Of a DNA stretch of 64,000 bases, positions 36,536 through 47,633 are shown piece after piece; position 1 is the first letter of the stretch; each line of letters starts with the position of its first letter. The DNA is from Acidobacteriota bacterium (GTDB lineage: Bacteria > Acidobacteriota > Blastocatellia > UBA7656): contig JBBPIH010000039.1 in the NCBI GenBank assembly GCA_038040455.1, positions 4,998 through 68,997 on the forward strand. The letters run 5' to 3'. The notes beneath the pieces are model-generated. The model had not been told where the DNA came from. It searched no databases and saw nothing but the letters and a program-made list of their open reading frames with translations. The translations under genes were made by a program, and so were the position numbers.

Positions 36536-37699
36536 TTACCGCTGGAATGCCTCAAGGTACTTCACACCTGCGCCGGTATTGAACAGCACGATCCTCTCGT
36601 TGCGATCAACCTCGCCGCGCTGTATCACCTGCTTCAACGCGGGCAGACACGCCGCACCTTCGGGCGCAGCGAAGATGCCTTCAGCCGAGCCAATCTCCTT
36701 CACTGCCGCAATCAGATCATCGTCAGTGACCGATACAGCGGTTCCGCCGCTGTTGCGTAAGATGTCCAGCATTATGAAATCGCCGACGGCCTTCGGGACT
36801 CGCAACCCCGCTGCCACAGTATGAGCATCGGGGATGTCCGCGCCCGAGCTTGCGCCTGCCGCGAAAGCTTTCACAATCGGCGCGCAACCCTCTGCTTGAA
36901 CCGTCACCATTCGCGGCCGGCTGTTGCCGATCCATCCCATTCGCTCCATCTCGTCGAACGCCTTCCACATCCCGATCAAGCCCGTGCCGCCCCCGGTTGG
37001 ATATAGAATCACATCGGGCAGCTCCCAGTGGAATTGTTCCGCCAGCTCGTAGCCCATCGTCTTCTTGCCTTCCACTCGATAAGGCTCCTTCAGCGTCGAC
37101 ACATCGAACCAACCTTCCGCTGTTTTGCGTTCCGCGATGATTTTTCCGCAGTCGGTTATCAGGCCATCGATCAGCGTAACGTTCGCACCTGATTGCTGGC
37201 ACTCGATGATGTTTGCCCTGGGAGTATCAAGGGGCATGAAAATAAACGCCGGAAGGCCCGCCTTCGCCGCATAAGCCGCAAGTGCGCCCGCTGCGTTGCC
37301 AGCCGACGGCACCGCGAGCTTCTTAACCCCGAGTTCTTTCGCCATGGAAATCGCGACCGCCATCCCGCGAGCCTTGAACGAGCCGGTAGGGTTCACGCCT
37401 TCGTCTTTGATAAATAGGTTCGACAAGCCGAGCTTCGCACCCAGCCGCTCGGCTTTCAACAACGGCGTCATGCCCTCGCCGAGACTCAATATGTTCTTGT
37501 AATCGTCAACAGGCAGCACCTCGCGGTAGCGCCACAAAGTCGGCTCGCGTCCCACAAGCGACTCGCGTGTCAGGGTCCGCGCCGCAGCCGCGAGGTCGTA
37601 AGCTACCATCAGCGGCTTGCCGCATTCGCATAAGTTGTAGACCTTTCTCGGTTCGTATTGTTTGCCGCACGATGAGCAGTAGAGATGAGTGACGTTCAT
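36536..37699 (-). CDS. thrC: threonine synthase
   Basis: It has an N-terminal zinc ribbon (CSSCGK...CECGK), a PLP-lysine motif (TGSFKARG) and a GNAAGALAAYAAKAG glycine-rich loop. The ATG at 37699 has a GAGGAG RBS. Confidence 0.7.
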   Translation of the reverse strand: MNVTHLYCSSCGKQYEPRKVYNLCECGKPLMVAYDLAAAARTLTRESLVGREPTLWRYREVLPVDDYKNILSLGEGMTPLLKAERLGAKLGLSNLFIKDEGVNPTGSFKARGMAVAISMAKELGVKKLAVPSAGNAAGALAAYAAKAGLPAFIFMPLDTPRANIIECQQSGANVTLIDGLITDCGKIIAERKTAEGWFDVSTLKEPYRVEGKKTMGYELAEQFHWELPDVILYPTGGGTGLIGMWKAFDEMERMGWIGNSRPRMVTVQAEGCAPIVKAFAAGASSGADIPDAHTVAAGLRVPKAVGDFIMLDILRNSGGTAVSVTDDDLIAAVKEIGSAEGIFAAPEGAACLPALKQVIQRGEVDRNERIVLFNTGAGVKYLEAFQR

Positions 37700-37825
37700 T
37701 AATGGCTCCTCGGGTACCAACCAGGACTCAGCAGTATAATGTTGGGTCAGAGCCGAGGCAACTTGTACGCACGCCGAAGGCGATGCTAGAGTCTGCGAGG
37801 CTTAAGAACAGAGAAGGAGACCAGG

Positions 37826-38290
37826 ATGGCTAATAGAAAAGCAATCATCGAAACGAACACAGGCACCATCACAATCGAGCTCTACGAAGACAAGACGCCG
37901 ATCACGGCGGGGAACTTCATCGATCTGGTCGAGCGCGGATTTTATAACGGCTTGAAGTTTCACCGCTACGAGCCGGGCTTCGTTATTCAGGGCGGCGACC
38001 CCAGAGGCAACGGCACCGGAGGCTTCGTCGATCCACAAACGGGCCGCGAGCGACGAATCAAACTGGAGGTCAGCCCGGAGTTGAAACACGGCGACGCGGG
38101 CGCGGTTGCGATGGCCAGGTCTCAAGATCCAAACAGCGCGTCTTGCCAGTTTTACATCACCCTTGGTCCGGCGGCGTTTCTGGATATGAACTACGCAGTG
38201 TTCGGGAGAGTTCTTGACGGTCTGGATGCGGTCAAGCAACTCCGCGCAGGCGACTCGATGACCAAGGTGACGTTGGCCAAAGTGGAATAG
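37826..38290 (+). CDS. ppiB: cyclophilin-type peptidyl-prolyl cis-trans isomerase
   Basis: It carries the [15 protein letters not shown] and NGTGG cyclophilin signatures. Confidence 0.85.
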   Translation: MANRKAIIETNTGTITIELYEDKTPITAGNFIDLVERGFYNGLKFHRYEPGFVIQGGDPRGNGTGGFVDPQTGRERRIKLEVSPELKHGDAGAVAMARSQDPNSASCQFYITLGPAAFLDMNYAVFGRVLDGLDAVKQLRAGDSMTKVTLAKVE

Positions 38291-38366
38291 GCCACGAATA
38301 GGCGGATCGACGGATTAACGCGGAGTCAGGCCCGTGCGAAGCCGTCGAATCCGGGTGATCCGAGAT

Positions 38367-39377
38367 TTATCCCATCGTTAGTACCACCCGCCCGGTGATC
38401 TTTGCGTGGCGCATTTCATCAAACACTTCGTTGACCTGTTCAAGCTGGCGCGTTTCGACCTGGCACTTAACTTTACCGGCGGCGGCGAGATCCAGCACTT
38501 CACGCATATCTTCGCGAGTACCCGTCGCCGTTGACATAATACTGATCTCGCGCATCATGATCGCCGGGAACGACAGATCTTCGGCGGGCATTCCGACGAC
38601 CATTAACGTACCGCTCGATCGCACACCGTAGAATGCCTGGTCGTATGCAGCCTTTGCAGCGGACGTGACTACGGCCACGTGAGCCCCGCCCAGTTTGCGA
38701 AGCTTCTTCACGACCTCGTCGTTGGCGTTCATAGTAATGTCGGCGCCCAGTCGTTTTGCGAATTCTAATTTGTCATCGGCGATGTCGATGGCGATCACTT
38801 GAGCCCCGAAGCATTTCGCGATCTGAACCGCGAGATGTCCGAGCCCGCCAACGCCAAACACCGCTAGACGCTGACCAGGCTTGACGCCGGATTTCTTTAT
38901 CGCGTGGTAAACGGTAACGCCCGCGCAGAACAGCGGCGCCGTTTCTTCTGAAGTTAAGGCGCCGGGCACCTTCAATGCGTGGGAAGCTTTGGCTTTCATA
39001 AACTCCGCATAGCCACCGTCGACCGTTGCTCCGGTGATCATCTGCTTCGAGCAAAGATTTTCGTGACCTTCTTTGCAGAGCTCGCACTCGCCGCACGTCC
39101 AATGGGTCCAGGCGATGCCCACGCGATCGCCGACGTTGAGGTTGCTCACCACCTCGCCCTTCTGAATTACGCGGCCAACTACTTCGTGGCCAGGAATGAG
39201 CGGGCGCTTGATGATTCTGAGCAGATGGGTCCAGTCGCCTTCGGCAATGTGCAGGTCAGAGTGGCATACGCCGCAAGCTTCGACTTTGATCAGCACCTCA
39301 TCGGGGCCCGGCGTCGGAGTTTCGGTGTCTTCGATTTTGAGAGGCTGTTTGTAGTCACGGACTATGGCTGCTTTCAT
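38367..39377 (-). CDS. zinc-dependent alcohol dehydrogenase (MDR family)
   Basis: It has the CGVCHSDLH catalytic-zinc motif, GHEVVGRV, the structural-zinc Cys cluster and the GVGGLGHLAVQ Rossmann motif. The ATG at 39375-39377 has a ggaga RBS. The longer track ORF reads through the 39447 palindrome and is rejected. Confidence 0.8.
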   Translation of the reverse strand: MKAAIVRDYKQPLKIEDTETPTPGPDEVLIKVEACGVCHSDLHIAEGDWTHLLRIIKRPLIPGHEVVGRVIQKGEVVSNLNVGDRVGIAWTHWTCGECELCKEGHENLCSKQMITGATVDGGYAEFMKAKASHALKVPGALTSEETAPLFCAGVTVYHAIKKSGVKPGQRLAVFGVGGLGHLAVQIAKCFGAQVIAIDIADDKLEFAKRLGADITMNANDEVVKKLRKLGGAHVAVVTSAAKAAYDQAFYGVRSSGTLMVVGMPAEDLSFPAIMMREISIMSTATGTREDMREVLDLAAAGKVKCQVETRQLEQVNEVFDEMRHAKITGRVVLTMG

Positions 39378-39446
39378 TTTTTCTCCATGGGCAAACGCGC
39401 GCATGCTACTACGTCGAGAGGTGAAACGTGAAGAGTGATGAGTTAA

Positions 39447-39600
<154 letters not shown>

Positions 39601-39668
39601 GCGTCACACTCACGCATAACGCCCTGCTCCCTTCGAGGCGAGTCAGGTGTCGTGTAGAATGACTTCGA

Positions 39669-40742
39669 ATGCTAGTTCTCGGCATAGAAAGCTCGTGCGA
39701 CGAGACCGCGGCCGCGGTGATCGAAGACGGTCGTGTGATCAAGTCGAATATCATTGCATCTCAGGTTAAGACTCACGCGCCGTTTGGCGGAGTAGTGCCC
39801 GAGCTTGCTTCGCGCGAGCACCTTGATCGAATCGCGCCCGTGGTCGAGAGCGCGCTCGGTGAAGCAGGCGCGACGCTCGAAGGGATCAACGGCATAGCCG
39901 TCACCCAAGGTCCAGGTCTGATAGGTTCGCTTCTCGTTGGAATCAGTTTCGCTAAGTCGCTCGCGATGGTGGCAGACAAGCCCATCGTTGGCGTCAATCA
40001 CATCGAAGGGCACATCTACTCAGTCGTCTTTGAGAACTTGGCAGTCGAGTATCCAGCGATGGCGCTGATCGTTTCAGGCGGGCACACGACACTTTTTCTA
40101 ATCCCTGAGCCCGGCCGATACGCCGTGCTGGGCCGAACGCGCGACGACGCCGCGGGTGAAGCTTATGACAAGGTTGCGAAGATGCTTGGGCTTGGTTATC
40201 CGGGTGGGCCGGTGATTGACCGTCTAGCGAAGTCCGGTGATCCGCGTGCGGCTGAACTTGTGTTCACACTTCCGCGAATGGACTCACCTAATCTCGATTT
40301 CAGCTTCAGCGGACTGAAAACCGCGGTGCTTCGCTATGTAAGAGAGAAGGGAATCGAGCCAGTAACGAACGGCGGCGAACCTGATCAGAAAATCGTTGAT
40401 CTCCTCGCGAGCTTTCAGGACAAAGTTATTCGGTCATTGCTCGCGCGCTTACGAACGGCTGTTCGGCGACATCATCCTCGGACGATCATCCTGGCGGGCG
40501 GGGTTGCGTGTAACAGCGCGTTGAGATCGACGGTAGACGCTGAAGACTTCGGCGCGCCGGTTTACTACCCGAGCCCGGTCCTTACTACTGATAACGCGGC
40601 GATGATCGCGGCTGCCGGTTATGCGAAGCTCGCTCGCGGCGAGAATCATGGGCTGGAATTCACGGCATCGACTTCGATGAAGCTGGAGAATGTTTTCCTG
40701 GAAGGCTACGAGGTTCCGCGCACCGCAAGGTACAAAGTTTGA
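39669..40742 (+). CDS. tsaD: tRNA N6-adenosine threonylcarbamoyltransferase TsaD
   Basis: It begins [17 protein letters not shown]. It has the HxEGH metal motif and overall Kae1/TsaD pattern. Confidence 0.85.
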   Translation: MLVLGIESSCDETAAAVIEDGRVIKSNIIASQVKTHAPFGGVVPELASREHLDRIAPVVESALGEAGATLEGINGIAVTQGPGLIGSLLVGISFAKSLAMVADKPIVGVNHIEGHIYSVVFENLAVEYPAMALIVSGGHTTLFLIPEPGRYAVLGRTRDDAAGEAYDKVAKMLGLGYPGGPVIDRLAKSGDPRAAELVFTLPRMDSPNLDFSFSGLKTAVLRYVREKGIEPVTNGGEPDQKIVDLLASFQDKVIRSLLARLRTAVRRHHPRTIILAGGVACNSALRSTVDAEDFGAPVYYPSPVLTTDNAAMIAAAGYAKLARGENHGLEFTASTSMKLENVFLEGYEVPRTARYKV

Positions 40743-40839
40743 CCTGTCGGGGCGGCCTCTGTGCCCTTCGCGGCTGTAGAGCACTTCCTTGTTCAGGAGC
40801 GGCAGCCCTCAGAGTGCCGCCCCCTACATTTACACGCAC

Positions 40840-41898
40840 ATGCTGGATACAGACACACTTCTAATGAACCGCGCGATTGTGTTGGCGCGGCAAGGCGCCG
40901 GGCGGGTTAGCCCCAATCCGATGGTCGGGGCGGTGCTCGTCAAGGACGGACGGGTCGTCGGCGAAGGTTATCACCGATATGATCTGCTGAAGCACGCCGA
41001 GGCTTACGCGATCGACAACGCCGGAGAGCTTGCGCGCGGCGCGACGCTTTACTGTAATCTCGAGCCGTGTTGCCATCACGGCCGCACTCCTCCTTGCACC
41101 GACGCGCTGATCGAAGCAAGGATCGCGCGCGCGGTGCTCACCGTCAAAGATCCGGACCCGCGAGTCAACGGCCGTGGGATCGAGCAGTTGCGCGAAGCGG
41201 GCATCGAGGTCGAAGTTGGGCTCTTGGAAGATCGCGCGTTGCGACTCAACGAGAGCTATTTCAAATTTATCACCACCGGAACACCGTTCGTGCACGGGGT
41301 GATCGAGTACCCGTCCGACGCATCAGCCAGCTTGACCGATTGGCATCCTTCAAATGAATTTCTCCAAGCGGCTTCAGAGTACGACGCGGTGATGATCGGC
41401 GGGCGGCCAGAACTCAACAGACTCGTGTTAGATACCGCGTTGGTCCGCGAGCGGTACCGTCCGCTCGTTGTAGCCGCTAGTGATGCGGAGCCTCTGCTTC
41501 TGGAGGCGCTGCGGGAACGAGGCGCTGGCGAAGTCTCGATCGTGGCGGTCGAAACTCAGTCTTCGACGGCTGATACAACCGGAAAGGTAGTGAGGTTGGA
41601 AGAAGGGATCGCGCGTGGCGTTTTGAGGTCGCAGGTGGGCTCGCTACTAGCGACGCTTGCGAGAAAAAGCGTTACCAGTTTGCTGATTCTCCCGGGTCTC
41701 TTCGACTTTAGCGACCCTTCGAACTTCGTAGAGTTCGACAAAGCAACGCTTGTTATGCCAGGCCCGATGCCTGAACACCGCCTCGCTACGCAGTGGGCCT
41801 TCGGCGATATCGAGTTCGATCTTGAAGACGTGAGCATAGCGGAAGCCGACGGCTTCACCGAGATGACCGGGTACCCATCCTTGCGAGAGGTCGCTTGA
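40840..41898 (+). CDS. ribD: bifunctional riboflavin biosynthesis protein RibD (deaminase plus divergent reductase domain)
   Basis: The CMP/dCMP-type deaminase motifs are HAEAYAI and CNLEPCCHHGRTPPC. A C-terminal RibD_C-like domain is present. The start is uncertain: ATG at 40789, 40840 or 40864. Confidence 0.65.
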   Translation: MLDTDTLLMNRAIVLARQGAGRVSPNPMVGAVLVKDGRVVGEGYHRYDLLKHAEAYAIDNAGELARGATLYCNLEPCCHHGRTPPCTDALIEARIARAVLTVKDPDPRVNGRGIEQLREAGIEVEVGLLEDRALRLNESYFKFITTGTPFVHGVIEYPSDASASLTDWHPSNEFLQAASEYDAVMIGGRPELNRLVLDTALVRERYRPLVVAASDAEPLLLEALRERGAGEVSIVAVETQSSTADTTGKVVRLEEGIARGVLRSQVGSLLATLARKSVTSLLILPGLFDFSDPSNFVEFDKATLVMPGPMPEHRLATQWAFGDIEFDLEDVSIAEADGFTEMTGYPSLREVA

Positions 41899-42743
41899 AA
41901 AGCTTGATCAAGGCTAGGAAAAGCCTCGGGCAATACTTTCTCACTGACCGTCGAGTCGCGCGGCGAATCGTCGATGCGGTTGACCCTCTACCGACTGACA
42001 TCGTTTTTGAAATTGGCTCGGGCACCGGTGCGCTGACACGGTTGCTCGTTGAAGAAAGCGGGTACGTTGTGGCCGTCGAAATCGATGACCGGCTTGCTCG
42101 AGAGCTGCAGAGCTCGGTGAAGGCTGAGAATCTGTCTGTCGTCGCAGCGGACGTCTTGAGCCTGGATTGGGGGAAACTCATCGAAGATGCGAAGTCGAAG
42201 CTGCATTCCCTTCGTCCCGCTGATCAAGAGAAGAGGCGGGTGCGAATAGTAGCCAACCTCCCCTACTACATTTCAACGCCGATAATCGAGAGACTCCTTT
42301 CGCTGGGTCAGCGCTTGCTCGATATGACGCTGATGCTTCAGAAAGAAGTCGCCGACCGGATCACCACCGGTCCGGGCAGCAAAGAGTACGGCTATCTGTC
42401 GGTGATGATGCAGTATTACTGCGACGCGACGAAGCTGTTTGAAGTTCCGCCGTCAGCATTCACTCCTGCGCCCAAAGTCCAGTCGGCAGTCATCAGGCTG
42501 ACGGTGCGCGAGCAGCCGCCGGTTGAAGTCGTAGACGAAGCGAGGTTCTTCGCGCTTGTGCGGGCCGCGTTCGCTCAAAGGCGAAAGACGATTCTGAATA
42601 ACTTGAAGGCAGCGAGGACCCTCGAATTTATCGAACCGCTGGAATCGGCTTTGGAAGCCGCTTCGGTGGCGTCACAGCGGCGGGCCGAAACACTGTCGCT
42701 CGCCGAGTTTGCTGCGTTGTGCAAAGCGCTCTACCGGGAATGA
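41895..42743 (+). CDS. rsmA: 16S rRNA (adenine1518/1519-N6)-dimethyltransferase
   Basis: It carries the KSLGQYFL and EIGSGTGALT SAM motifs and NLPYYISTPI. Its start overlaps the ribD stop (ATGA). Confidence 0.85.
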   Translation: MKSLIKARKSLGQYFLTDRRVARRIVDAVDPLPTDIVFEIGSGTGALTRLLVEESGYVVAVEIDDRLARELQSSVKAENLSVVAADVLSLDWGKLIEDAKSKLHSLRPADQEKRRVRIVANLPYYISTPIIERLLSLGQRLLDMTLMLQKEVADRITTGPGSKEYGYLSVMMQYYCDATKLFEVPPSAFTPAPKVQSAVIRLTVREQPPVEVVDEARFFALVRAAFAQRRKTILNNLKAARTLEFIEPLESALEAASVASQRRAETLSLAEFAALCKALYRE

Positions 42744-42824
42744 AATGTTTGCTCGACCGGCTCGTGATGTTGCTATACTTCTCGTTTAGAAGAAAGAGCA
42801 AAGAACTCGACTGGAGGGATCAAT

Positions 42825-43202
42825 ATGGGCCGGATACGTCAGATGATTAACGTTCAGGGGCGGCAAAGTTGGACGCTCTTTGATACAGGGGCTCGTAGAA
42901 CCTACATTGTGCCGGCGGTCGCTTCCGTTTTGACCACGGCTGCGCTATCTCAGCCGATCCGCACCGCAATTGGCGGGGCAGTCCAAGAGAGCAACGAGCA
43001 CGCCTTGCTTGAGGCGGAGATTGAAGGCTTGCCGATATCGACTCACGCAATGGTGATTGACAATATCGGCAAGGACGATGAAGGAAGGCCAATCGAGGTA
43101 TTGTTCGGGGCGTTGGCGATGCAGGAATGGGGCATCCGTTTGATTCCTGAACATGAAAAGCTGGACATGTCTCACTACCCCTCGGAGTTTGTCGAGTTCT
43201 AA
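42825..43202 (+). CDS. retropepsin-like (clan AA) aspartic protease
   Basis: The LFDTGARRTYI active-site motif (D-T/S-G-A) sits in a protein of about 125 aa. Confidence 0.5.
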   Translation: MGRIRQMINVQGRQSWTLFDTGARRTYIVPAVASVLTTAALSQPIRTAIGGAVQESNEHALLEAEIEGLPISTHAMVIDNIGKDDEGRPIEVLFGALAMQEWGIRLIPEHEKLDMSHYPSEFVEF

Positions 43203-43214
43203 TCGGACAAATAA

Positions 43215-44876
43215 ATGGCAGAACACAAACTCGAAATAATACCTCTCGGCGGCGTCGGTGTGTTCGGCATGAACATGATGGCGATGCGCTGCGGTGGTGA
43301 GGCGATCATCATAGATGCGGGCATGGGCTTTCCTGAAGAGGACGCACCGGGGGTGGACATCGTTATTCCCGACTTCTCGTTCATCGATCAGTATCGCGAC
43401 GAGATTTCTGCTATCGTGCTGACTCACGGACACGAAGATCACATTGGCGCGGTTCCGTTTCTGCTTAAGGAAGTCAACGTCCCCGTGTACGGCACTCACC
43501 TCACACTCGCGTTCGTTGAGAATAAGCTCCAGGAGCACGGTCTGTCGGCTTCGACTTCACTGCATGCGGTTGAACCGCGAGACCGAGTTGCGCTTGGGAA
43601 CTTTGAAGTCGAGTGGATGCACGTCACTCACAGTCTTACATCCTGCACAGCAGTGGCGGTGACTACGCCGGCTGGAGTGGTGATTCACTCGGGCGATTTC
43701 AAGATCGACGAGACGCCTGTGGTCGGGGCTGGGACTGATCTTGAACGGCTGAGCGAATACGGCGACCGGGGCGTGCTCGCCTTACTGGCGGATTCGACTA
43801 ACGCTGAACGTCCAGGTCGCACGCAGTCAGAGCGCGCGGTCATTCCTGCGCTGGAAAAAGTATTTGAAGAAGCGACGGGTCGAATCGTGCTGAGCTGTTT
43901 CACCAGTTCAGTTCACAGGATTCAAATCGTGCTCGACCTCGCGCGAGAGTATGGGCGCCGGGTCGCGCTCCTTGGCAGAAGCATGCTGCGCAACGTCGAA
44001 ACGGCCGAAAGTCTGCGCCAACTCGACGTGCCAGACGGTATCTTCGTCAGCCCGGCGGAAGCCCGGCAGATGGACGACGATCATTTGTTGCTGCTTGTAG
44101 CGGGATGCCAGGGTGACCCGATGTCAGCGATGACCAAGCTCGCGACGGATCAACATAAGAACCTCTCGGTCGGGGAGGGTGACACAGTGGTTCTCTCGGC
44201 ACGGCAGATACCGGGCAATGAGCCTTCGATCTCGCGGCTGATCTCGCATTGCTACAAGCGGGGCGCTCGCGTGATCGACAGCAGCATTGCGCGGGTTCAC
44301 GTTTCGGGTCACGGCAGCCAGGAAGACTTGAAGATACTGATCGAAGCGACGAGGCCGAAGTTCCTGGTGCCGATTCACGGCGAGCATCGCCAGCTCTACA
44401 GGCACAGGGATTGGGCGACGACGCTGGGTATCGTTGAGCCGGAGAATATCGTTGTGTTTGAAAACGGCGACGTGTTGGAGCTCACAGAATCGAGCGCGGA
44501 GATAACCGCGACGGAGTTTGTTGGGCGAACCTTCATCGATTCGAGCTACGAACACGTCGAAGACATGGTCGTCCGTGATCGAAAGCACCTGTCATACGAC
44601 GGCATCGTCGTGGCGATCGTCGCGATCAATCCCAAATCGGGAGAGCTCGAGTCTGAGCCTGAACTGGTAACGCGAGGCTTCATCCACGAGGAAGACGCAA
44701 CCGAGATGCTCTTGCAGCTCAAGCAACTGGTTGAAGAGACGGTGACTTCCGCGGCCCACGAGGAGCGCATCGACTACGCGGTGATAAAGGAAAAGATTCG
44801 TGTGGCATTGAAGCGATTCATCCAGAAGGCCACGGGTCGCCGGCCGATGATCATTCCGGTGGTTGTTGAGGTGTAG
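43215..44876 (+). CDS. rnj: ribonuclease J
   Basis: It has a metallo-beta-lactamase HGHEDHIGA motif, a beta-CASP domain and an RNase J C-terminal domain. The size is 553 aa. Confidence 0.85.
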   Translation: MAEHKLEIIPLGGVGVFGMNMMAMRCGGEAIIIDAGMGFPEEDAPGVDIVIPDFSFIDQYRDEISAIVLTHGHEDHIGAVPFLLKEVNVPVYGTHLTLAFVENKLQEHGLSASTSLHAVEPRDRVALGNFEVEWMHVTHSLTSCTAVAVTTPAGVVIHSGDFKIDETPVVGAGTDLERLSEYGDRGVLALLADSTNAERPGRTQSERAVIPALEKVFEEATGRIVLSCFTSSVHRIQIVLDLAREYGRRVALLGRSMLRNVETAESLRQLDVPDGIFVSPAEARQMDDDHLLLLVAGCQGDPMSAMTKLATDQHKNLSVGEGDTVVLSARQIPGNEPSISRLISHCYKRGARVIDSSIARVHVSGHGSQEDLKILIEATRPKFLVPIHGEHRQLYRHRDWATTLGIVEPENIVVFENGDVLELTESSAEITATEFVGRTFIDSSYEHVEDMVVRDRKHLSYDGIVVAIVAINPKSGELESEPELVTRGFIHEEDATEMLLQLKQLVEETVTSAAHEERIDYAVIKEKIRVALKRFIQKATGRRPMIIPVVVEV

Positions 44877-45707
44877 TTGTTGAGAGAGCACGGAGTTCAG
44901 GCTTTAGCCTGGGATTGGGTTTGGAAACGGCGATTCGTGCTCGGCGTTGTTCTTACCTTCACAGCGTCTCTCGGCGTCGGCTTCTACGCCTTTTGGATCG
45001 AGCCATACTGGATCGAGGTCACTCATCACAACATCTCCGCTCCATTAAGCTCACCTCTTAAGATTGTCCACCTCACTGACATTCATACCTACGGACTTGG
45101 CCGGCGAGAGCGCAAAATGCTTCACGCGGTAGAAGCTGAGCAACCGGATTTAATCGTCATCACCGGGGACTCGATAAATATCAGCTCGAACTATCCCGGG
45201 CTTCGTGACGTGTTGACCTGGCTTCACGCTCCGTTGGGCGTCTGGGTTGTTCGCGGGAATCACGAAGACTGGTGGCCGGTCAAAAACGAACAAGAGTTCT
45301 ACGAGTCCGCGGGAGCAACGCTGTTGTTGAACTCAAGCCGCGAAGTGCGCGATGGCATCTGGCTCGTTGGGTTCGACGATCTTTACGGCGGGAGGCCAGA
45401 TGCGGACAAGGCGTTTGCCGGGGTGCCTGAGTCAGCTTACAGAATCGCACTGTTTCACTCGCCGCCTTACTTTGAGAAGGCGGCGGGACGTTGTGACCTT
45501 GCACTGGCCGGTCACACACATGGCGGACAGGTGCGACTCCCTTTGATCGGGCCGCTTTGGCTGCCACAGTTTTCGGGCAAGTTCGTTGCGGGTTGGTTTG
45601 AGCAGCGGGGAACGCGAATGTACGTGAACCGCGGAGTTGGGACTTCGATCCTTGACGTACGATTCCTGTCTCGGCCTGAGATTGCGGTCATTACGATCGG
45701 TCGCTAG
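44877..45707 (+). CDS. membrane-anchored calcineurin-like metallophosphoesterase
   Basis: It has an N-terminal TM helix and the HLTDIH, ITGDSIN, GNHE and GHTHGGQ motifs. Confidence 0.65.
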   Translation: MLREHGVQALAWDWVWKRRFVLGVVLTFTASLGVGFYAFWIEPYWIEVTHHNISAPLSSPLKIVHLTDIHTYGLGRRERKMLHAVEAEQPDLIVITGDSINISSNYPGLRDVLTWLHAPLGVWVVRGNHEDWWPVKNEQEFYESAGATLLLNSSREVRDGIWLVGFDDLYGGRPDADKAFAGVPESAYRIALFHSPPYFEKAAGRCDLALAGHTHGGQVRLPLIGPLWLPQFSGKFVAGWFEQRGTRMYVNRGVGTSILDVRFLSRPEIAVITIGR

Positions 45708-45717
45708 CGCAAGGTTG

Positions 45718-46260
45718 CTAGATCAACCCCATACCGGTTGCTTTGATGGCGTAATAGATCAGGGCGATCCCGCCGAAGAGCAGCAGGAACAGCGCGCCTA
45801 ACAATACAAATAGCCAGGCCCAGTCGCTCCAGAATGAGCCCCGTTTGCCCGAAGCGTACTTGTTCAACAAGCTTAGATTGCGAGTGTTGACCTTCCATAC
45901 AAAGTCAACTGCGTCTCCGAGAAACGGGATGCTGCCTACGGCGAAGTCGGCGGCGATGTTAAAGACCATCCTCGCAATCACGATCTTCGGCAAGCCGTAG
46001 CGGACCGAGATGAAAACTATATACGCCGACACAATTGCGCCAATGGCGTCTCCGGCTACAGGGAAAAAGAACCCGATGACCGGGTCCAAGCCGAATCTTA
46101 TGTCGGTGCCGGGGATTCGGACTGCCTTGTCCATCAGCAAAGCGATGCGTTCCAGATGTTGGTCGATTGGCGGGCGAGAGAGTGCCTCCAGGCCTGAGTC
46201 CGTGTAGGGCGCTGACGCTCTCTCGATTAGGGCTCGGTTTGGGCTTCTGGGATCTGGCAC
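45718..46260 (-). CDS. DUF4112-family membrane protein
   Basis: It carries the GLDPVIGF..PVAGDAIGA and FLGDAVDFVWK patterns characteristic of DUF4112. Confidence 0.5.
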   Translation of the reverse strand: MPDPRSPNRALIERASAPYTDSGLEALSRPPIDQHLERIALLMDKAVRIPGTDIRFGLDPVIGFFFPVAGDAIGAIVSAYIVFISVRYGLPKIVIARMVFNIAADFAVGSIPFLGDAVDFVWKVNTRNLSLLNKYASGKRGSFWSDWAWLFVLLGALFLLLFGGIALIYYAIKATGMGLI

Positions 46261-46325
46261 CTGGTTTCCTGTTTAACCGCCTGTTCTGGGGTGCGGACAA
46301 CTCGAGGACCTGTTGAATCGCTGAA

Positions 46326-46793
46326 TCAATCGAGGCTGAGGATTTGGGCCTCGACGCCGGAGCGCTTCAGAGATAAGATTCCCACTGTGCGTGGGAGCGA
46401 AAATCGTCGCGGGCCTGCGCTTCCTGGGTTGAACAACATAGTCGGCCCGAGCATCTCTTGATAAGGCCGATGCGAGTGCCCAAAGACGACCACGTGCGGT
46501 TGAACCTGCTCGACCATCCGTTTGTCACTCTGCCTGAGCTGATGCAGCTCACCAAAGATGTGACGAATGACAACTCGGCGTCCGGCCAATTCTTCTACGC
46601 GCTCATTGGGAAATCTTCTGAAACTGTCATTGTTTCCTTCGACCGCGAGCACCGGGGCGATCTCTTCCAGTCGGTCGATCACTTCGAGCTTCCCGATGTC
46701 GCCCGCATGTATGATTGCGTCGACGCCGTCGAAGATCGAAACTATCGACTGATCGAAAAGCCCATGAGTATCTGATATCACGCCTATTCTCAC
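46326..46793 (-). CDS. YfcE/MJ0936-type small metallophosphoesterase
   Basis: It has the MRIGVISDTHG, AGDIG, GNND and GHSH motifs. Confidence 0.7.
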   Translation of the reverse strand: MRIGVISDTHGLFDQSIVSIFDGVDAIIHAGDIGKLEVIDRLEEIAPVLAVEGNNDSFRRFPNERVEELAGRRVVIRHIFGELHQLRQSDKRMVEQVQPHVVVFGHSHRPYQEMLGPTMLFNPGSAGPRRFSLPRTVGILSLKRSGVEAQILSLD

Positions 46794-47000
46794 AGGAGTC
46801 TCTTACATGATCACCGCAAGCAAATTGAAGGCGAATCAATTCTATCAGCGAGGTGTCTTGAGGGAAACCAGCTTGAAACTTTTGGCAGGCGGTTAGAATA
46901 GAGCACAATTAAAAAAAACGCGGACGAGTTGCGAGAATCTGATGCAACTCGACCGCGGTGACAGAGTAATCTCTCTATCAAACGGGAGCTTCGCGACAGA

Positions 47001-47546
47001 CTAATCGATCTCGATGGCGCCAGATTTGGAGACGCTCACGCGGCAAGATTTGGCCGTGTTGCTGATGACGATACTAGGCTGTTCCGAGCCAGGCGCGAGG
47101 TTTCCCGAACGCGCAAAGGTCACTACGGCGTCTTCGGAGATTTCGACTCCATCCGGCAGCTCTTCAGCTTCGACGCTGTCGAGGCGGCCGTTGCCATTGC
47201 GATCCAGGCCGAACAACTTTTGTTTAGCGTTGAAGATGACACTGACGCTTACGCGTCGGGCAACTGCTTGTTCTCGCGCCAAGTCCAGTTCCTCCGCGAT
47301 GCCGCTAGTCGCGGCATTCAATCTGTACATGGCGAATCCCGTCCGGCCCAGGTGCAAAAGTACCGAGCCGACGATCAGCACAACTAGAAAGCCGACTATT
47401 GCTTCCATCAGCCCTAGCCCCGCTTCTTCACGCTGGCAAAACCTTGGTTTCGAGAATGCGTTCAATTTGTGCTCCGAATTTGGGAATCGCTGCAAGAACA
47501 GACCATCCCTCGTCTGCAATTGGGCTGCCACCGGAGTTGAGGGCAC
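47001..47546 (-). CDS. hypothetical membrane-anchored protein (weak pseudopilin/GspH-like features)
   Basis: It has a hydrophobic N-terminal helix, MEAIVGFLVVLIVG, but no canonical prepilin G-F-T-L-I-E motif. Confidence 0.3.
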   Translation of the reverse strand: MPSTPVAAQLQTRDGLFLQRFPNSEHKLNAFSKPRFCQREEAGLGLMEAIVGFLVVLIVGSVLLHLGRTGFAMYRLNAATSGIAEELDLAREQAVARRVSVSVIFNAKQKLFGLDRNGNGRLDSVEAEELPDGVEISEDAVVTFARSGNLAPGSEQPSIVISNTAKSCRVSVSKSGAIEID

Positions 47547-47633
47547 AAAGGGTTCTAAGTTCTAGGGTTTAAAGCTTGACGCGGAGAAGGATTGAAAGAG
47601 GACGGCAAGGCTGTAACCTTAGTCCACGGCATA

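Noticed and set aside
47001-47546. Type IV pilin / pseudopilin annotation
   Set aside because: The hydrophobic helix is present but the G-F-T-L-I-E prepilin cleavage motif is not, so I kept only a low-confidence note.
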